Positions 18,290-33,003 of a stretch of 64,000 bases of DNA are shown here, one piece after another. Position 1 is the stretch's first letter. Each line of letters opens with the position of its first letter. The stretch is from Hydrurus foetidus (taxonomy: Eukaryota), in assembly GCA_900617105.1 (NCBI GenBank), contig UYFQ01000383.1, positions 1 to 64,000 of the forward strand. The letters run 5' to 3'. The translations under genes were made by a program, and so were the position numbers. The notes under the pieces were generated by a model. That model worked only from the letters and a program-made list of their open reading frames with translations. It made no database searches and was not told where the DNA came from.

Positions 18290-21200
18290 TTATTTTTTAA
18301 TCGGATAAAAATATTCCAGCCATTGACCTGCTCGAAAATAATAACAAGAAATTATCAGAATTAGAAACATCAAGTAAAATCTTCCACCTGGCATAAAAAT
18401 ATAAAAATGAAAACAATCGCTAACTTTCAAGACAGGAAATTTCTGTAGCAGAAGAAATAAGAATAAGAATAGTGATGATGATAATAATAATAATAATAAT
18501 AATAAAGTGATAATAATAAGAATAATAATGATAATAATAATAAGAAGAAATAGAAGAAGAAAAAAACGATTTCTAAAAAACACACCTGGGTTTGCAATTA
18601 AATATTTCCTTCCGATATATTCATCTTCAACAATTGCACCTGATTTACTTCTTTTCAAAATCCGGCTATTTTCCTTTGATAATCCACCACAATTAGGACT
18701 ATTTAAACCCATTTTTGAACTACTTTTAATATAATGAAAATTATTACCACCTTTTTCAATACAATTAGCTGCTATATCTTCTGAATTAGATCGAGAACTT
18801 TGACTGGAACTTAGCGGTCGTTTTGAATTATGTGTGTGGGGTGATTGTGACTGTATATTTGGAATGTTGTTCTGACTTGAAGACGTCACGCTTTCTAAGG
18901 AATCTGGTTCTAGGTCCTTCACCACTAAAGTCTCATCCACTAAAACCTGAAGAAAAGGTTTTTGAAAAATGTGAGATGAAAAAAAAAAAAAAATGATGAA
19001 GAAAAAACAAAAGTTTGAAAAAGTATACATTAATATAATTATTGAGATTGCTGAAAGCACTCGGAATGGATAAAATGGATTCAATTTTGGCAAATGCGAA
19101 TGCGAAAAAAATGCAACAAAATTAAACAAGATGGGAATTCCTCCCGTATCTTCTCAAAATACAAAATACAAAACACAAAATACAAAATACAAAATCAAAT
19201 CTAATGCAGGTAGATCCGAACGTTCCTACCATGTATGTGAGCGCTCTCCTGTAGGCGATGTGTGCCTGGCAGCCGTAGTACCCCTTCCCGTCCCCAGAAT
19301 AATACCTGACAATTAACGATCAGTACGACATTCATGTTTTAGTACAGCAGTAATAAGTCTCTCATTATGTAAGTGCACTCACTGTGTAGGTGTAATTGCA
19401 CGATGCAGTACAAGTGTCACTATTTGAATCATTAAATTATTGGATTACAGTGTGTCATTAATTGCACTCTATTGCACTCAACACCCTCACTCCTCACCGT
19501 AATGACCTTCACCATTACCACTCTCACTCGCACCCATTTCATCCTCTATCACACTTCATCCTCTATTTTCTCACCTGACACTGAGTATCCCTCTAGCGGA
19601 CATCCCATCGTGAGTCAGCCAGGGTTGCGTCAAAATCCAGCCGGGAAATACGGCCGCATCGTGATCCCAACGGAACTGATAGCCTGTTAAGTGAGTACGT
19701 ACGTTCCGGTGAATATATGTATGTACATGTTTATGTGATGTAAAAGGATACACCATCGAAAAATAACAAATAAAAACACAGAATAATTCTTGTTATTGTG
19801 ATAGTCGTAGTAAGATATTTCAGGACAGAAATGAAAATACAATGAAGAGAATATAAATAAAATAAAATAAAATAAAATAAAATAAAATAAAATAAAATAA
19901 AATAAAATAAAAGATAAGAATGAGAATAAAAACAAACTAGAAGACCAAATAAGAAAAAGTACAATTTCTCACTCATCCAATTTTCTCCTGGCTCATGCAC
20001 GTCCAAGGCACAAAATATCTTCGCAATTTGTTTTTCTTCCCAATGTCTCCCTATACTCAGCACATGTGCACCCTCCGGTTTCATCGGGTTAAAAATCTTC
20101 AGCCTGAGAAAGAGGTGGTGAGGGAGGGAGGAAGGGTAAAGGAAAATGAGGATGTGGGAAAGGGAGGGAGGATAAGAGAGTAATGGGGTGTGAGAGCACG
20201 ACAAAGGATGATAGTTATCAAGGAGAAATTGAATTTGAAATTTGGAAATCGGTGTTAAAGTACATGCTAGGAAAAAAAATTAAGTAATGATAAAATGTTA
20301 CTAGTTGCGTGCTATTTTTTACAAAAATAATAAGGAAAGGATATCAAGTGACAATATCGTAGTAAATTTCTTCAAAGAGAGTAAGTAGTTAAAATTAAAA
20401 AACGAAAAAATGCATTTGAAATCGTATGTCAGATACGAAAAAATTCAAATTATGTACATTGAAAAGAAAAAGGTTTATGTGGGAGAATGTAATGATTGAA
20501 TCTTGAGAAATGTGAATGATAGTAATTAACAAATAATAAAGATATATGAATGCACAAGTAAAAGTACAATTATTGTGTAACCAAAATGTTGAAATAGCGT
20601 TTATCTAAACGCGTCAAAAAATGTGCCAAAAATGTGCCAACAAATAAAAGTAAAATAATCGGATAACTTACCATCCGATTCGACAATACACACATGCAGC
20701 TTCTCTCGGCAGCAAGCAATGCATGACTATTTCAAAATTATGAACATCCCTCACTCGTGAAAATAAAGATACGATTAGGTCTACTCGATATGTGCCGAAA
20801 AATTCCGTTTTTTGTAAAGATCCGTATTCTTCAAACATTTTAACAATTATTGCCAAATGCCTATAGTGACGTATTTGATACGAATTATTTTTTGTTTTTA
20901 ATTTAATTTCTCATATCAGGAGCGATACAAATTAGAACTTAGAATTTAACGAAAATGAAAATAGATAATGCATTGAGAGCACGATATATCGCAAATTATG
21001 CGGAAAAATCAGACAAAATATAAGATCTATATCGTCATGTATATCATATAAAATAACACCTAACACATTAACAACAAATCTCTGTATAACATATGTACCT
21101 CGATTTAATCCAAACTTGACCGAAGGATTCTTCCAGAAAAGATAAAAGTCTCGCAGCCTTCGAAACGGCAGCAACCGCTTCTGATGATCTGTAAGAATAT

Positions 21201-22524
21201 TAGATGGTAAATAACTAAATGTAATTATATACAATCGTTGACTTCATCAATAGGGTTAGGACTGTGCATCAACATCATGCAGATTTGCTGCGATTTCATT
21301 TTATTTGCTACATCGATAATTGCCATCAGATAATAACTGCTCGATTATAAGAACGTCATTCATATTCTTGACAGTCATAATGAGGGTTTTTCATAGAGCA
21401 TAAAAACGAATAATCTGGCACAAACAAGTTAGTTTAACATAGATCTCCTTGAAGCTTATTTGACGAATATATAGCGGATACATCTTCTCAAGTGTCATCC
21501 TCTTTCGAGTACGTACTCATTGTGTTCTCATAAAATTGTGACAGATTATAATTGAAAATGAAATAGAAATAATGAAGAATGAATGTGATGATCAGATGTA
21601 CGGTAGGAAACGTACAGGAATTTATCGAGGTCTTCGGCTATGTCGTTCGTAGGATGTCTTTTCTGTGTGCAGAAAATAGAGAAGTAAAGACAAGTGAATG
21701 AATTAGAGAGAAAGAGATAAATGCTTATATATATGCGTGAATAGATAAATAAATGAAGTCGGAAATCAGCAAATAAATACACAAAATAATTAATCTCATT
21801 CCAACAATAAGTTTGATTCATGAATAAAATTGATTCTGTAAAATGATTGAGCAAGTGAGTGGAAGGAAGAACAAAGAGTAGCCGAGAGAGAAAAATCATT
21901 TATTCGTAAGTAGTAAATGAATGGTGAAATATACAAGAAGTTTTCAAACTGATGTATATTCTATAAGATGTGTAACATACTAAATAAACACAAAACGAAG
22001 TAGAAGAAAACAAAAATGAAAATGAAAACAAACATAGGAATAGAAATAAAAAGAAACAGGAAAAATTCAAAACTCACAATTTTGATACTGGATCGTTTAA
22101 TAATTGAATTTCTTCCATGTGAATTTGTACGCCCAACTGATCCGGTAAAACTTGGTTTTTTCGTTCTATTTCCTAAAGGGCTTGTGGAATTTTTTTGTTG
22201 TACTGGTGGAAAAAATAATTTAGAAACGTTTTTCTCGGAAGTATTCAATTGACTAAAAGATTTTTTTGTTGAAGAATTAAAGGACGTTGATGTTGAACAA
22301 TTTGATAGATTTGAATTTTCGGGCAGTGATTTCTTTTCTCCGTACTGTTCTTCCCATTCTGAGTACGTACAATAATTGGCAGATTTTCTTTGCCAATTTT
22401 TCGAGAATTTTAAACTGTGATAATGTAAGCAAGAAACGTGGTTATGAAAGGAAGAACGATAAGATATGAACAATTGATAGATAAAAAGAGTAACTTAATA
22501 AATAAATAAATAAATAAAGAAATA

Positions 22525-22563
<39 letters not shown>

Positions 22564-22604
22564 ATGAATGAATAAACGAATGAATAAATGAATGAATAAA
22601 TGAA

Positions 22605-22667
<63 letters not shown>

Positions 22668-25600
22668 ATGAATAGATAGATAAATATCGAATAAATGAAA
22701 AATTAATAAATTAATAAATAATGAATAAATGAAAGAATTAATCAATTAGCAAACAAACGAAAGAATGAATCAATAAGAAGGCAAATCATGCCTACCAAAG
22801 TGGCTTCAATCTTTCTGCTAAATCATCCATATTGCCTCCTCCTCCTTCAAACAACTTTTTCACTTCAATTTCTTTCATTTTGATTTTTCCTTCACCCTTT
22901 CCTAAATCACTTTTTACTGAATCTTCTCTTTTAAGGCTTCTTTTTTCAATTTCTAATTTCGTTATGTCATTAATAGAGCTTAAACTTTTTCGACCCGAAC
23001 CAATTGAGCGCCTTTGTGTCCCGGAAATTTGAACGTTTTCGTTTTTAAAAAAAGAATCAGCTCTTTTGTTTTTGACAATTTTCGTATCTTTGGATTTCTG
23101 TTTTTCGGAAACAGTTTCTGATCCTTTATTTTCCTCATCATTTTTTAATTTCTTTTTTTGCTTTTCGTCAATTAGTGCCGTCAAGAAAGCGTGATTTCTT
23201 GCAAGTGATGATTTTCTGCTTTTCACGGTTTCTACTACCGGAATTGAAAACGGTATAAATTGTTCCACACAACTAAAATCTTCAATACTATTTTGCATTC
23301 TAAAACGTTTTTTAGATGCTGAAACGGATATGTCTGAGAAATCAGTATCATCAGTGATGTCATCAATCACTTTAATTTTATTTTTCGTTTTAATTTTGGC
23401 GTTTTCTTTGCTTTTTTTCCTTTTATTATCACCATTATTTTCCTTTGTTAGACTTTCTGAATTTATTCCGTTTTTGTTTGTAATTTCCGTTTTTAAAGTC
23501 TCATCATTTTCTTCACCATTATTCAGAGTAATCGGTACTTCTTGCATATAATCAACTTTTACAACCTACATTGCAATAGTGACAAATTAGCGGTATAAGA
23601 TAAATGTGTGTTGTATTTGATAGCAGTCATTTATACAAAAAATTAATACTGGAAAGGGCGAATTTATTCAAGTAGCAATTTTTTAATAATAATGCCTAAA
23701 ATAATATGATATGAAACAACAATAAAAAGTATCAATAAAATAAAAGTACAATAATAAAATAAATTCTCCCGTTTAGTTTTGACCGGCACAATAATGAAAA
23801 TATTTTACACTATGAATAGAGTGCTTTAAAATTTATAATCATGATTCGAAATTTACATGCGCATACAAATTTTGCCTTATACGAAAAATGGCGGGATTTT
23901 ACGTGGTAACATTTGAATCGGAATTCTTCGATTTTGATTGGAACGTAGCCAAGTCACAAAAATAAAGTTTTTTAATTGGTAATATTTACCTCATTCATGA
24001 GAGCTTGTATTCCACTTTCTTTGCGAATATGCAAATTGCTGCAAAAAGAAAAAAAAGATGAAATGTAATGAGAAACTACTATCAGAGATAAGAGTTCAAA
24101 AAACAAAAATGGCTGCAATTGATTACTTTCTTTTTTTTACAATATAATCGCAAATTTTATAATTTTTGTTTTTTTTGACAGCAATTATAAACAACTCATC
24201 TATTTTGCCTGTAAAAATCGTGCATAGCATCTCCGATTTCTTGTGCTCTTTTTTCCGTATTTTCAAATACCGTAACACCATTGCCCTAAAGACACGGATT
24301 TCAAATAATTGAATGTATTTCGTAGCAGTGTGGAATGATTTGAAGTTACATCAACATGAACAAATTGAATTGATCGTGATATGGATAGAATGTGATAAAA
24401 TTTAATATAATTTATACACAAACAATATGATATGATATGATATAATTCAACGTGACACGATCACATATACAACAAAGACAGATAGATATACATATACGAT
24501 AAAAAAAGAAGACATGATATGAAACACACAAATACAAGCATATATGTAAAATAAAAAAATGAGGTCAAAAGAAATTGTAGTACATAATAGTACCTTTATA
24601 ATTCTGTTGCTGTCATCCCGACATTTATTCAAATACCGTATAGCTTCTGACCTATCTTCAACGGTCATTAAATTGCATTTTTCCAATACTGCAAATAATC
24701 TTTTTGGTGTTACATTATTTGTTTTGTCAAACATTTGACTTATTGGATTTCCGTACATTGAAAAATCGAATTCCTGGAAGTGACGTAAAAAATATGTGAA
24801 TGTAATTATTAAATGAAATACAAATATTTAATGATTTGTTGATTTTGAAGCGTTGAAAATTGTGGTTGGAAGAGAAATATAATTTGTACTGTAGTTTGTA
24901 TGTGAGGAAATTATTTCGATTATTGAGCTGCAAATATTAGAATAATACACAAGAACAAATTGTGCACATGAGCACATCAATCAAAAATACATCACAAAGA
25001 TAAATAATAAAGTACGTACCATGTGTAATATCTCCATACATATAAAACAAAATATACGTAAATCATACATTATTCTTTTGTATACAAATTAATATCATTA
25101 CTCTGTATTTACTTTTGTCATTTAAACTGCATTTTCGAAGCAAAAATCAGGGAGACACGAAAAATGCGTGCGTATGCAAATAAATGAAGTGGAATTAATT
25201 GTACTCACAAACGTTCGAGAAAGAAATCAAAATTCTTGTTTATCAGATTTTTTTAGAAATAGATATTATCAGCTGTAGATATCGATCAAGTGAGCTGACA
25301 GACAACACGTTGAATTGGTGCAGCACTATACACAAAAGCTGAGCTCTGTTTATTATCATTTATCAAAATTCGTTTGTTTATTAGTGATAGACTGATAGTT
25401 AATATTTTTAAAATTGTACATAATATCAAAAATAATGAAGTAGCATCTAATAATGCACCCACCAGAATTCCCCTGCATGGCAAATCACCCATGGAAGTTC
25501 GATAGGAAATACTTATTGGAGTCGTGGAATTTAGTATTTCATTACGGAAGCATGACCAGTTTCCTTTTTGTGACGTGTCTCCTACTCTACCCGATCCACC

Positions 25601-28600
25601 TGTCATTTCAGGAAATAAATGAATTCGGAAAGATTTGAAAATGCGTGCATATACAATTGAATACTATGTAAATGGACGGGTCAATTAATCGACCAGTTAG
25701 TACGAGTCTTCAGAGAGGTACATACGGGGCCGAACAAATAAATGGATAAATAATGTAACGTATATATATTAGTTATAAAACTAATAGATAGTTAAGTAAG
25801 CAAAAGTAGAATGTTATAATAGAACGTAATACGATATTTAACACAAATACAATGAAAAAGTTAAGTATATCTAACACTATACACAGAAGTCATTTATTAC
25901 CAATAGGACTAATGAAAAAGCAAATAGAAAAGAGTAGAATAAAATATACAAATACAATATACAAATACAATATACAAATACAATATACAAATACAATATA
26001 CAAATACAATATAAAAGTCGAGTAAATACACCAATATGTACAGAAAGCTTTCTTACCGACAGGACTGAGTGGCATATGTCTGACCCTGAGGGTTTCGTTC
26101 ACCTCCATTAATTTCTTCAAACAAATTTGAGCTGTTTCAAGCCCTAGATTTAGTCTGTCATTAATGGGTACGTATATTTGTTAAATGTTGTTTTAAATGT
26201 ATGTACAAATATGTATTGATGCGTGTCAAGTTTAGTTAGTCGACATTGTTATTTGTCATTTGAACGTATTGACAGTTTCTATTCTTCTCTTTTATCGTCA
26301 TCATTGTCATTACTATAATCACGATCGTCTTGAGAGCCATTCAATACGAGCACAGATTTGACGATTTTTGGTGAATTCAGTCGAATTTAGGTGAGAAATC
26401 GGGTGGGGCGAAAAACAGTCATTGAATTCAGTGGGGCGAAAAACAGTCATTGAATTCAGTGGGGCGAAAAACAGTCATTGAATTCAGCCGAATTTTTCCG
26501 CTGACTTTGTTGTCGTATAGAATAGCCCTCACTGGCATCATCATCATCATCATCATCACCATCACTATTGTCACTATAACTACTGTCACTTCGATCATTG
26601 TTTTTATTACAATAATTGACATCAATATTATCCCCTCGATGATGAAAATGGTACTTGTCATTATCATCATTATCACCACTACAATTTGTATCATCACGAG
26701 CATTGTCTGCAATGACGCAGAGTATAATGACTCACTGCATAATCATACTGGAACAGGATAATCGGACAGATTCTGCAGCATATCGGAGTCTCTTTCAGGG
26801 CACTACTCGCAAAAAATAATGATTACATAAATCACTGTTTTTTTCACCTGTAGTATCCGTCATGTTGCCCACACAACGGACCGAACGCAAACCCAATAGA
26901 TTGCTTAATTTGACTCATTTGGATTCTACCGCCATTGGACACCAATAACATCATTTTTCGTGCGTCATTAGGATGGGCTAATAAAGGCAATATTTTCAAT
27001 AATATTGCAAATGATCTGCTAGAGTCTTTCTGCATTACTTTATATAAATGCGTGGCTTCTGATAAATGAAGTGTAGCATTTTCTATCGCATACATTGTCA
27101 TCGTTGAGGCGTGGCCTGTATGGAAAGAAAATCAAATGAAGTAAAAAAATCATTTATCGGTTAGTTGCTATTTATCATGAATTTATTTTGATGATTTACT
27201 TCTAGCTTTGATTTCATATGTATGATGTTAACAGTGCACATCAATTTCATATCATTGTTGTTAACAATTCACTATTTTGGTTCGTAATTTCTATACGCTT
27301 GATGCATGATAAAATTTCTTAGTGCAGAACAAATGATAAAAATACATACAGTGGTGTGCACAACTTAACCGTTGAGTTGTAAAAAAAGATAAGTGAGATA
27401 ATAGCAAATATGATACAAATAGAATCACTGAAAATAAAAAAGACCGCATTATACCATAGCATCGCTTGGTAATAATGATTTATTGAATTACGCAACGTAA
27501 TGACGTAATCAAGAATGACTAAGAGTGACGATAAGATTGATCAATATAATACATTACTACGATATATCCACATATTATACTAATACAATGTACTAATATA
27601 ATATGTTAATGTATTAACTGACCTAATTCATAAATACAATTCACTTGTGTAATGTAATTAAGTTTACTCATACAAGTTATCGATATAATGCGATAAATAT
27701 ATAAATATATAAATATATAAATATAATGTATCCATCTAACATACCAGATTCTTTTGCTGCTGAAAATATCTGATCCTTCTCAATAGCCGACATTACTTTA
27801 TAAGATGATTTCAATGCGACGGCATCATACACACGCATGCAAAGTACACCAACTGCTGGGGGTATATATCGACTAGCACTGTACATTACAGTACATTCTT
27901 TTTCAGATACACCTTCAGAGTGTGTAAGGAATTTTGATTCAGATAGAGAATAGAGAACTTTTTTGTCGAACTCTGGTGTGGGAGTCTTATAACTTGTTGG
28001 TGTGTTATCAGTGACGTCATCTTTATTATCCTCCGCACTATTCTTGTTGCCATATACTTCATTATCATTTTCATTAAAATTTTCATTGTTGTTATTTTTG
28101 TATGTATTTTGAGATACATTAGAATGCAACATTGATTGTTCTGGTGCTGTAGATAAGTTAGGAACAGAATGAGGTAGAGAATGAGGTAGAGAGGAAGATA
28201 AAGAAGGGGTAGGAGATGAAGAAGTAGGTCGTGTCGAATCTGATCTATTCAAAGGAAAAGGAAGAGGGAGCGATGAAGAAAGAGAAGAAGAAAGAGAAGA
28301 AGAAAGAGGTAGAGAAAGAGGTAGTGTAGGAGTGATAGTAGGTGGTCCCTGCACCATAATTAATTCTCCCGATAAATTAATAATTCGAACGGCAATTTCA
28401 TCTTTTCTATTTCTCAATAGGTGCATGAATTCTGTCCATTCAATTAATCCGGAATAATCGATATCATATTCTGATAATAATAAAACACATTTTTCACAGT
28501 CGTAATCAAATCCTATATAAAAAATAATATAAATAGGAGATAAAAGAAATAATAGGAGATGAGAAATAAATGTAAAAATTGAATACACTTCAGTTCATAA

Positions 28601-31600
28601 AATTTGATAGGCTAGTGAGAGAAATTCTATAAAAAATAGCGAGATAAAAAGTGAAGATAGAAGTGATAGCAAAAGCGATAAAACTGATTTTTTAGAGTCG
28701 GAATCTACCACACTAAAATATGCACTGTCTTACCTATTTCTCTCATCGCTTCTGTGAGTTCGTCACAATCGATACCAGATCTGTTTCTCCTGTTTACTTT
28801 CTTGTAGAGTCCTTCCAGATATTTCGTATTTTGTAATACATCCGATATTGATTGCAAATTTCGCAAATGATTCAATCCTATGATGTATTAACATTTTGAG
28901 CGAGAAATTGTTCGGACTTTTAATATTAATATGTCATTGTGCGACTTGAAAGTTTCTTCCGTTACACTGTATTATGTTATTTCATGTTATGTTATGTTAT
29001 GTTATGTCATAATTAATACATCATGTTTTGCTTCGATCGATTTCTGAAGACTTCCTCTTTACTCAATCTTACATCAATCTATATGCTTCATTTGGTTCAC
29101 ATCAAATTACAGTATAGTTCATTATGTTTCATTTTATTTTAATTGTAATTGCATCACAACTCAATACATCATATAATGTATACTAATTTTCAATATTTTG
29201 CAAGTCATAGAAAAAAAAAGTCAATTCTAAACAGCATACAAATCAATTCAAACCAAAACCAACTGATTAAATGACAAGCTGACCTCTCGATTCTTGGTCC
29301 GCTATAAGCGCCTCTAATCTCGGTGACGTAATTTGTATCAAATTGATTTCCTCATCATCATACGTTACATCTGTATGTAAGCACATCGTACATGTAATGA
29401 ATACAATTCTTGCATTTAATCAAACTCGTCATAAATTATATAATACAGTAAACAAAAAAATAATGAAACAAAGATAATACATACATTATAATTCAACTAC
29501 AAAAAAAATTGAATTACGAACTAATGCATAAAAAAATAAATGAATTAATACAAATATGATGAATAAATTAATATTGAAGTTGCAGATCAATGTCAACATA
29601 AGAGATAATGTATAAAACATACAAATCTCACCTGTAACCGATATTCTCTGATGGCTTGCAACAAGCCTCAATAAAGCAAAAGAAATAGCACGGTCGTACG
29701 GACAACTCAAATTCAACTTGTACATACCGCACGGACAACTTAAATCAAACCAAGCATTTTCATCCCGCACATCTATGTTACAGCCTGAAGAGGTGATTTC
29801 CACTCGGTTTCCAGCTGCCATCGGAACAGCCATTAGTGCTTTCGCCCCCTGAACCCCTAGTGTAAATGAATAAGCAAAGAAACATATCATTAGATTGATA
29901 TGAGGTTCGTTGTGTTAAAATGAGTAAGTACCAGTGTTTCAATTCTGGTTAAACATCTGGAGTAAAAAAACTAATTGTGTTGCTCGAGAACAGTCATGTG
30001 TACATGTGCACATCATACACACACGTGCTTCTACACGTACTTACACCACGCACATAATTACGTTCGTACACACAAGTTCGTACTTTATAAAAAACACATA
30101 CGTACCTATTGGGTTTTTGTCAAGGCACACTTTTTTGATGGACGTGTTTTCGATGATGCCCATACAAATGGTGAAACAAGCTCTCGACTCCAAGCCGTTG
30201 CAAGAAAGAATGAGCACCCGTAATGTGTGATTGGAGAGGATTGAATTACCTGGGGGAGGGAAGGGGAGGGAGGGAGGGAGGGGAGAGAAAGGGGAGAAGG
30301 AGAAATGAGAATGTCGGATGAAGGAAACAAAAGTGATTATGATGAGCATATAGTGTGTGGCTAGACAATGATTATTAGTGATTATGGTGTGTCTTGGGTG
30401 AAAGGGAAGGAGGGAGGAGAGGATAAGGAATTCGAGGGACAGAGGGAGGAGCAAGGTGAGGCGAGGGGAGGGGATGGTGTGAGAGTGAGATAGAGAAAGG
30501 GGAAAGCAGGGATGAAGTAGGGGGTCTAAAAGAGTACGCATCATGACAGGGAAGGGGTAGACAGGTAGACGCATTAAGGGAGGAATAAGAATAGCGTACG
30601 GAGGAGGGAGAAGCAGAAGAAGGTTCAACACAGAGACAGAGACAGAGATAGAGAGCATGCTAACTTTTAAACTTGGTGGGATGGCAAATTGGAATTAGGC
30701 TAATCCTTACGCGTGCCAGTTTTCGGCAAAGTCGGAACCCGTTTTCAATTAAATTTCCGATTTTCGATTTTCGACAGCATTTCGGTCCGAAGATCCGCCC
30801 AAAAATCCGATCCAAACGCTATCGGAAATCGCAAATATTGAAAAACCTTGGGTCGGTCGGAAATTTAATTGAAAACCGATTCCGACTTTGCCTAAAACTG
30901 GCGCGCGTGAGGACTGGGCTTAAGATAAATTTTTAAGTCGCCAATAAAAATGAATAATAAGGTAAGATAAGGTGAAATAAATGATGATAACGTGAGCATT
31001 GAAATTTAAAAAGCGATATTTACCTAATATTTCACCACCATCTCTGCCTAGGGAATTATTCGATAAATCCAAATAAATTAATGTTTTATTGTGAGTAAGT
31101 GAACTCGCCAGTTTTACAGCACTATTTAATCGTATCATATTCCAACCTAGAATTAAAGTTTTCAGCATGGATTTCGACACTAATAATTCAGCAATAGCTT
31201 CTCCTCCAGTTATTATTGTTTTTTTAACAATATTTAATCCTTCAGAAGTTCCGATTTTATTTCCGGATAAATCTATATACGTAAGCGTATCATTTGTGTG
31301 TAAATATTTGATAAATTTTGCGCATCCACAATCATCTATATCTGCATTCTGCAATATAAGTTTTTGTAAAGAACATTCTTTCCTATTTAAATATTCTGAA
31401 ATTGCGTCTGCTGATTTTGAACCAATTACATTAAAACTCAAATTTATCTCGGTTAAATTCGGTATAAAAGACAATGCTTTTATACACGGAACTAGACTTA
31501 AATCTGTTAAATTATTATCTGAAAGATCGATTGATTCTATGCCGGGAAGGTCCTGTAAAGAATTAGACAAAATTCCGGCCACTTTATCTCCAATTGAAAG

Positions 31601-33003
31601 ATGGGATAATTTCAAGTGCGTACTTGTATGCCTTCTTATTACCTGTTAGGAACAATGGATGACATCGCGTACGTAAGATAAATTAGTACAAGTAATTTTA
31701 TTCATTAGGATGAGTAGTTTATACGGTATAATACATGTTAAGGAAATTTGTTTCTAAATTTGTAATTTTATTTCAGATCAAAAGATATTCGTCTCAATGC
31801 ACACAAGACAATAATGTGTCGTTTATTCTTATGGAACACTTTTATAAATGTCCTATAATTTACCATAGAAGCTCTCGGATTTAGTCCTTCTTTAATGCAC
31901 GCAGAAATAAATCTGGTGCGTGGTGTTAATGGTATTTTTTCGATATCATTTTCCAGGAATTCATCAGGTCCAAGATCCGCTTTGAAATTGTACACAATTT
32001 CATTCTTGGAATTTTCTCGAATATACCGATCTTTTTCTTTTCCCTTTCTTTCTTCTCTTTCTCTTTCTCTTTCTCTTTCTCTTTCTCTTTCTCTTTCTCC
32101 GTTTCCTTCTCCACTTGCATCTCCGTTATTTCCACTTTCATCTCCATTTTCTTGTTTCCTTTTTCCACTTTTACTACACCATCTATTGTGCTGTCTACCA
32201 GCTCTTCTCTCTTGATATTCTTCTTTTGAATTCAATGAGGTCATACTATCTTCTTCTGTGTCATCATCGGAATCAATATTCAACTTCAACCTAGCACATA
32301 GTAAAGTAGTAGGAACGTTCTCATCATCTTCTGTTGTATCATTCGATATTGAAGAATCATCGCTGCTATTTATTGTACTGTCTGTATTGTTGTGGTAAGT
32401 CTCGCAGAAGTCGACAGATACTGATAATAATTTCCCAGATTTTCCTGATTGATTCGGAACGTCATCTGTCGTCAGAATATCGTTAGGAGCTCCTGCTATC
32501 AAACTCCTTGCGATATTCCTCGATCGCATGTAGTCGAAAGAGTTCTTTCTCCTACCTATTGGTGAAACGGATCGTGGAGTTTTGGCGGAACTACATCTAT
32601 TCCGATTTGATTCTGCTGATTTCGAAGTGGATTGAATGAGAGGCAGTTGGTTTGTTTTCTCGAGATTTTCGCGAGGAGATTTCAGCAGCTGAAATTGTGA
32701 TCGCCCGTCTAAGGTTGAATCGGCTCCTGATGGATTCAGAATACTTTCCTTTGATCTCTTGTTCAGTGATTCTCGAAGGCATGCACTTTCAGGTCTCTCT
32801 AAGGATGCTATCTTATTCTTCCTATTTGTTTTTTGACACTGCTTATTGAAAAGCACTCTGGCATTATCACCGAAGTAGGTGGAAAATTGGCCAGCTGTCA
32901 GAACAGAATTGTCAATTGTTATGAGTTCTTCCTCGTCATTACTTGTCGCTTTCACCTCTGTTAGGTAAATTTTCATACTCTTTCCCGGCATCTCGAAACT
33001 CAT
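18290..33003 (-). CDS. Very large multi-exon protein with RNI-like leucine-rich repeats, EF-hand-like loop and low-complexity inserts
   Basis: LRRs in 30920-31650 (IDLSDNNL, INLSFNVI, IDLSGNKI, LDLSNNSL) and loop DIDYSGLIEWTEF at ~28450. Same-strand exons continue to ...GQWLEYFYPIKK* at 18290. I did not verify every exon junction. Confidence 0.7.
23755..23793. mobile_element. MITE family B, solo 3' terminus
   Basis: AAAATAAATTCTCCCGTTTAGTTTTGACCGGCACAATA matches the right end of both full copies. Confidence 0.7.
26403..26486. repeat. Three perfect tandem copies of a 28-bp unit (intronic)
   Basis: GTGGGGCGAAAAACAGTCATTGAATTCA x3, head to tail, no spacers. Confidence 0.9.
30698..30919. mobile_element. 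MITE family D, PIF/Harbinger (Tourist)-like (intronic)
   Basis: ~62 bp imperfect TIRs (GGCTAATCCTTACGCGTGCCAGTTTTCGGCAAAGTCGG...) flanked by TTA on both sides. Confidence 0.8.

Noticed and set aside
26403..26486. CRISPR-like array
   Set aside because: Repeats are directly adjacent with no spacers, lie in a eukaryotic intron, and there are no cas genes.
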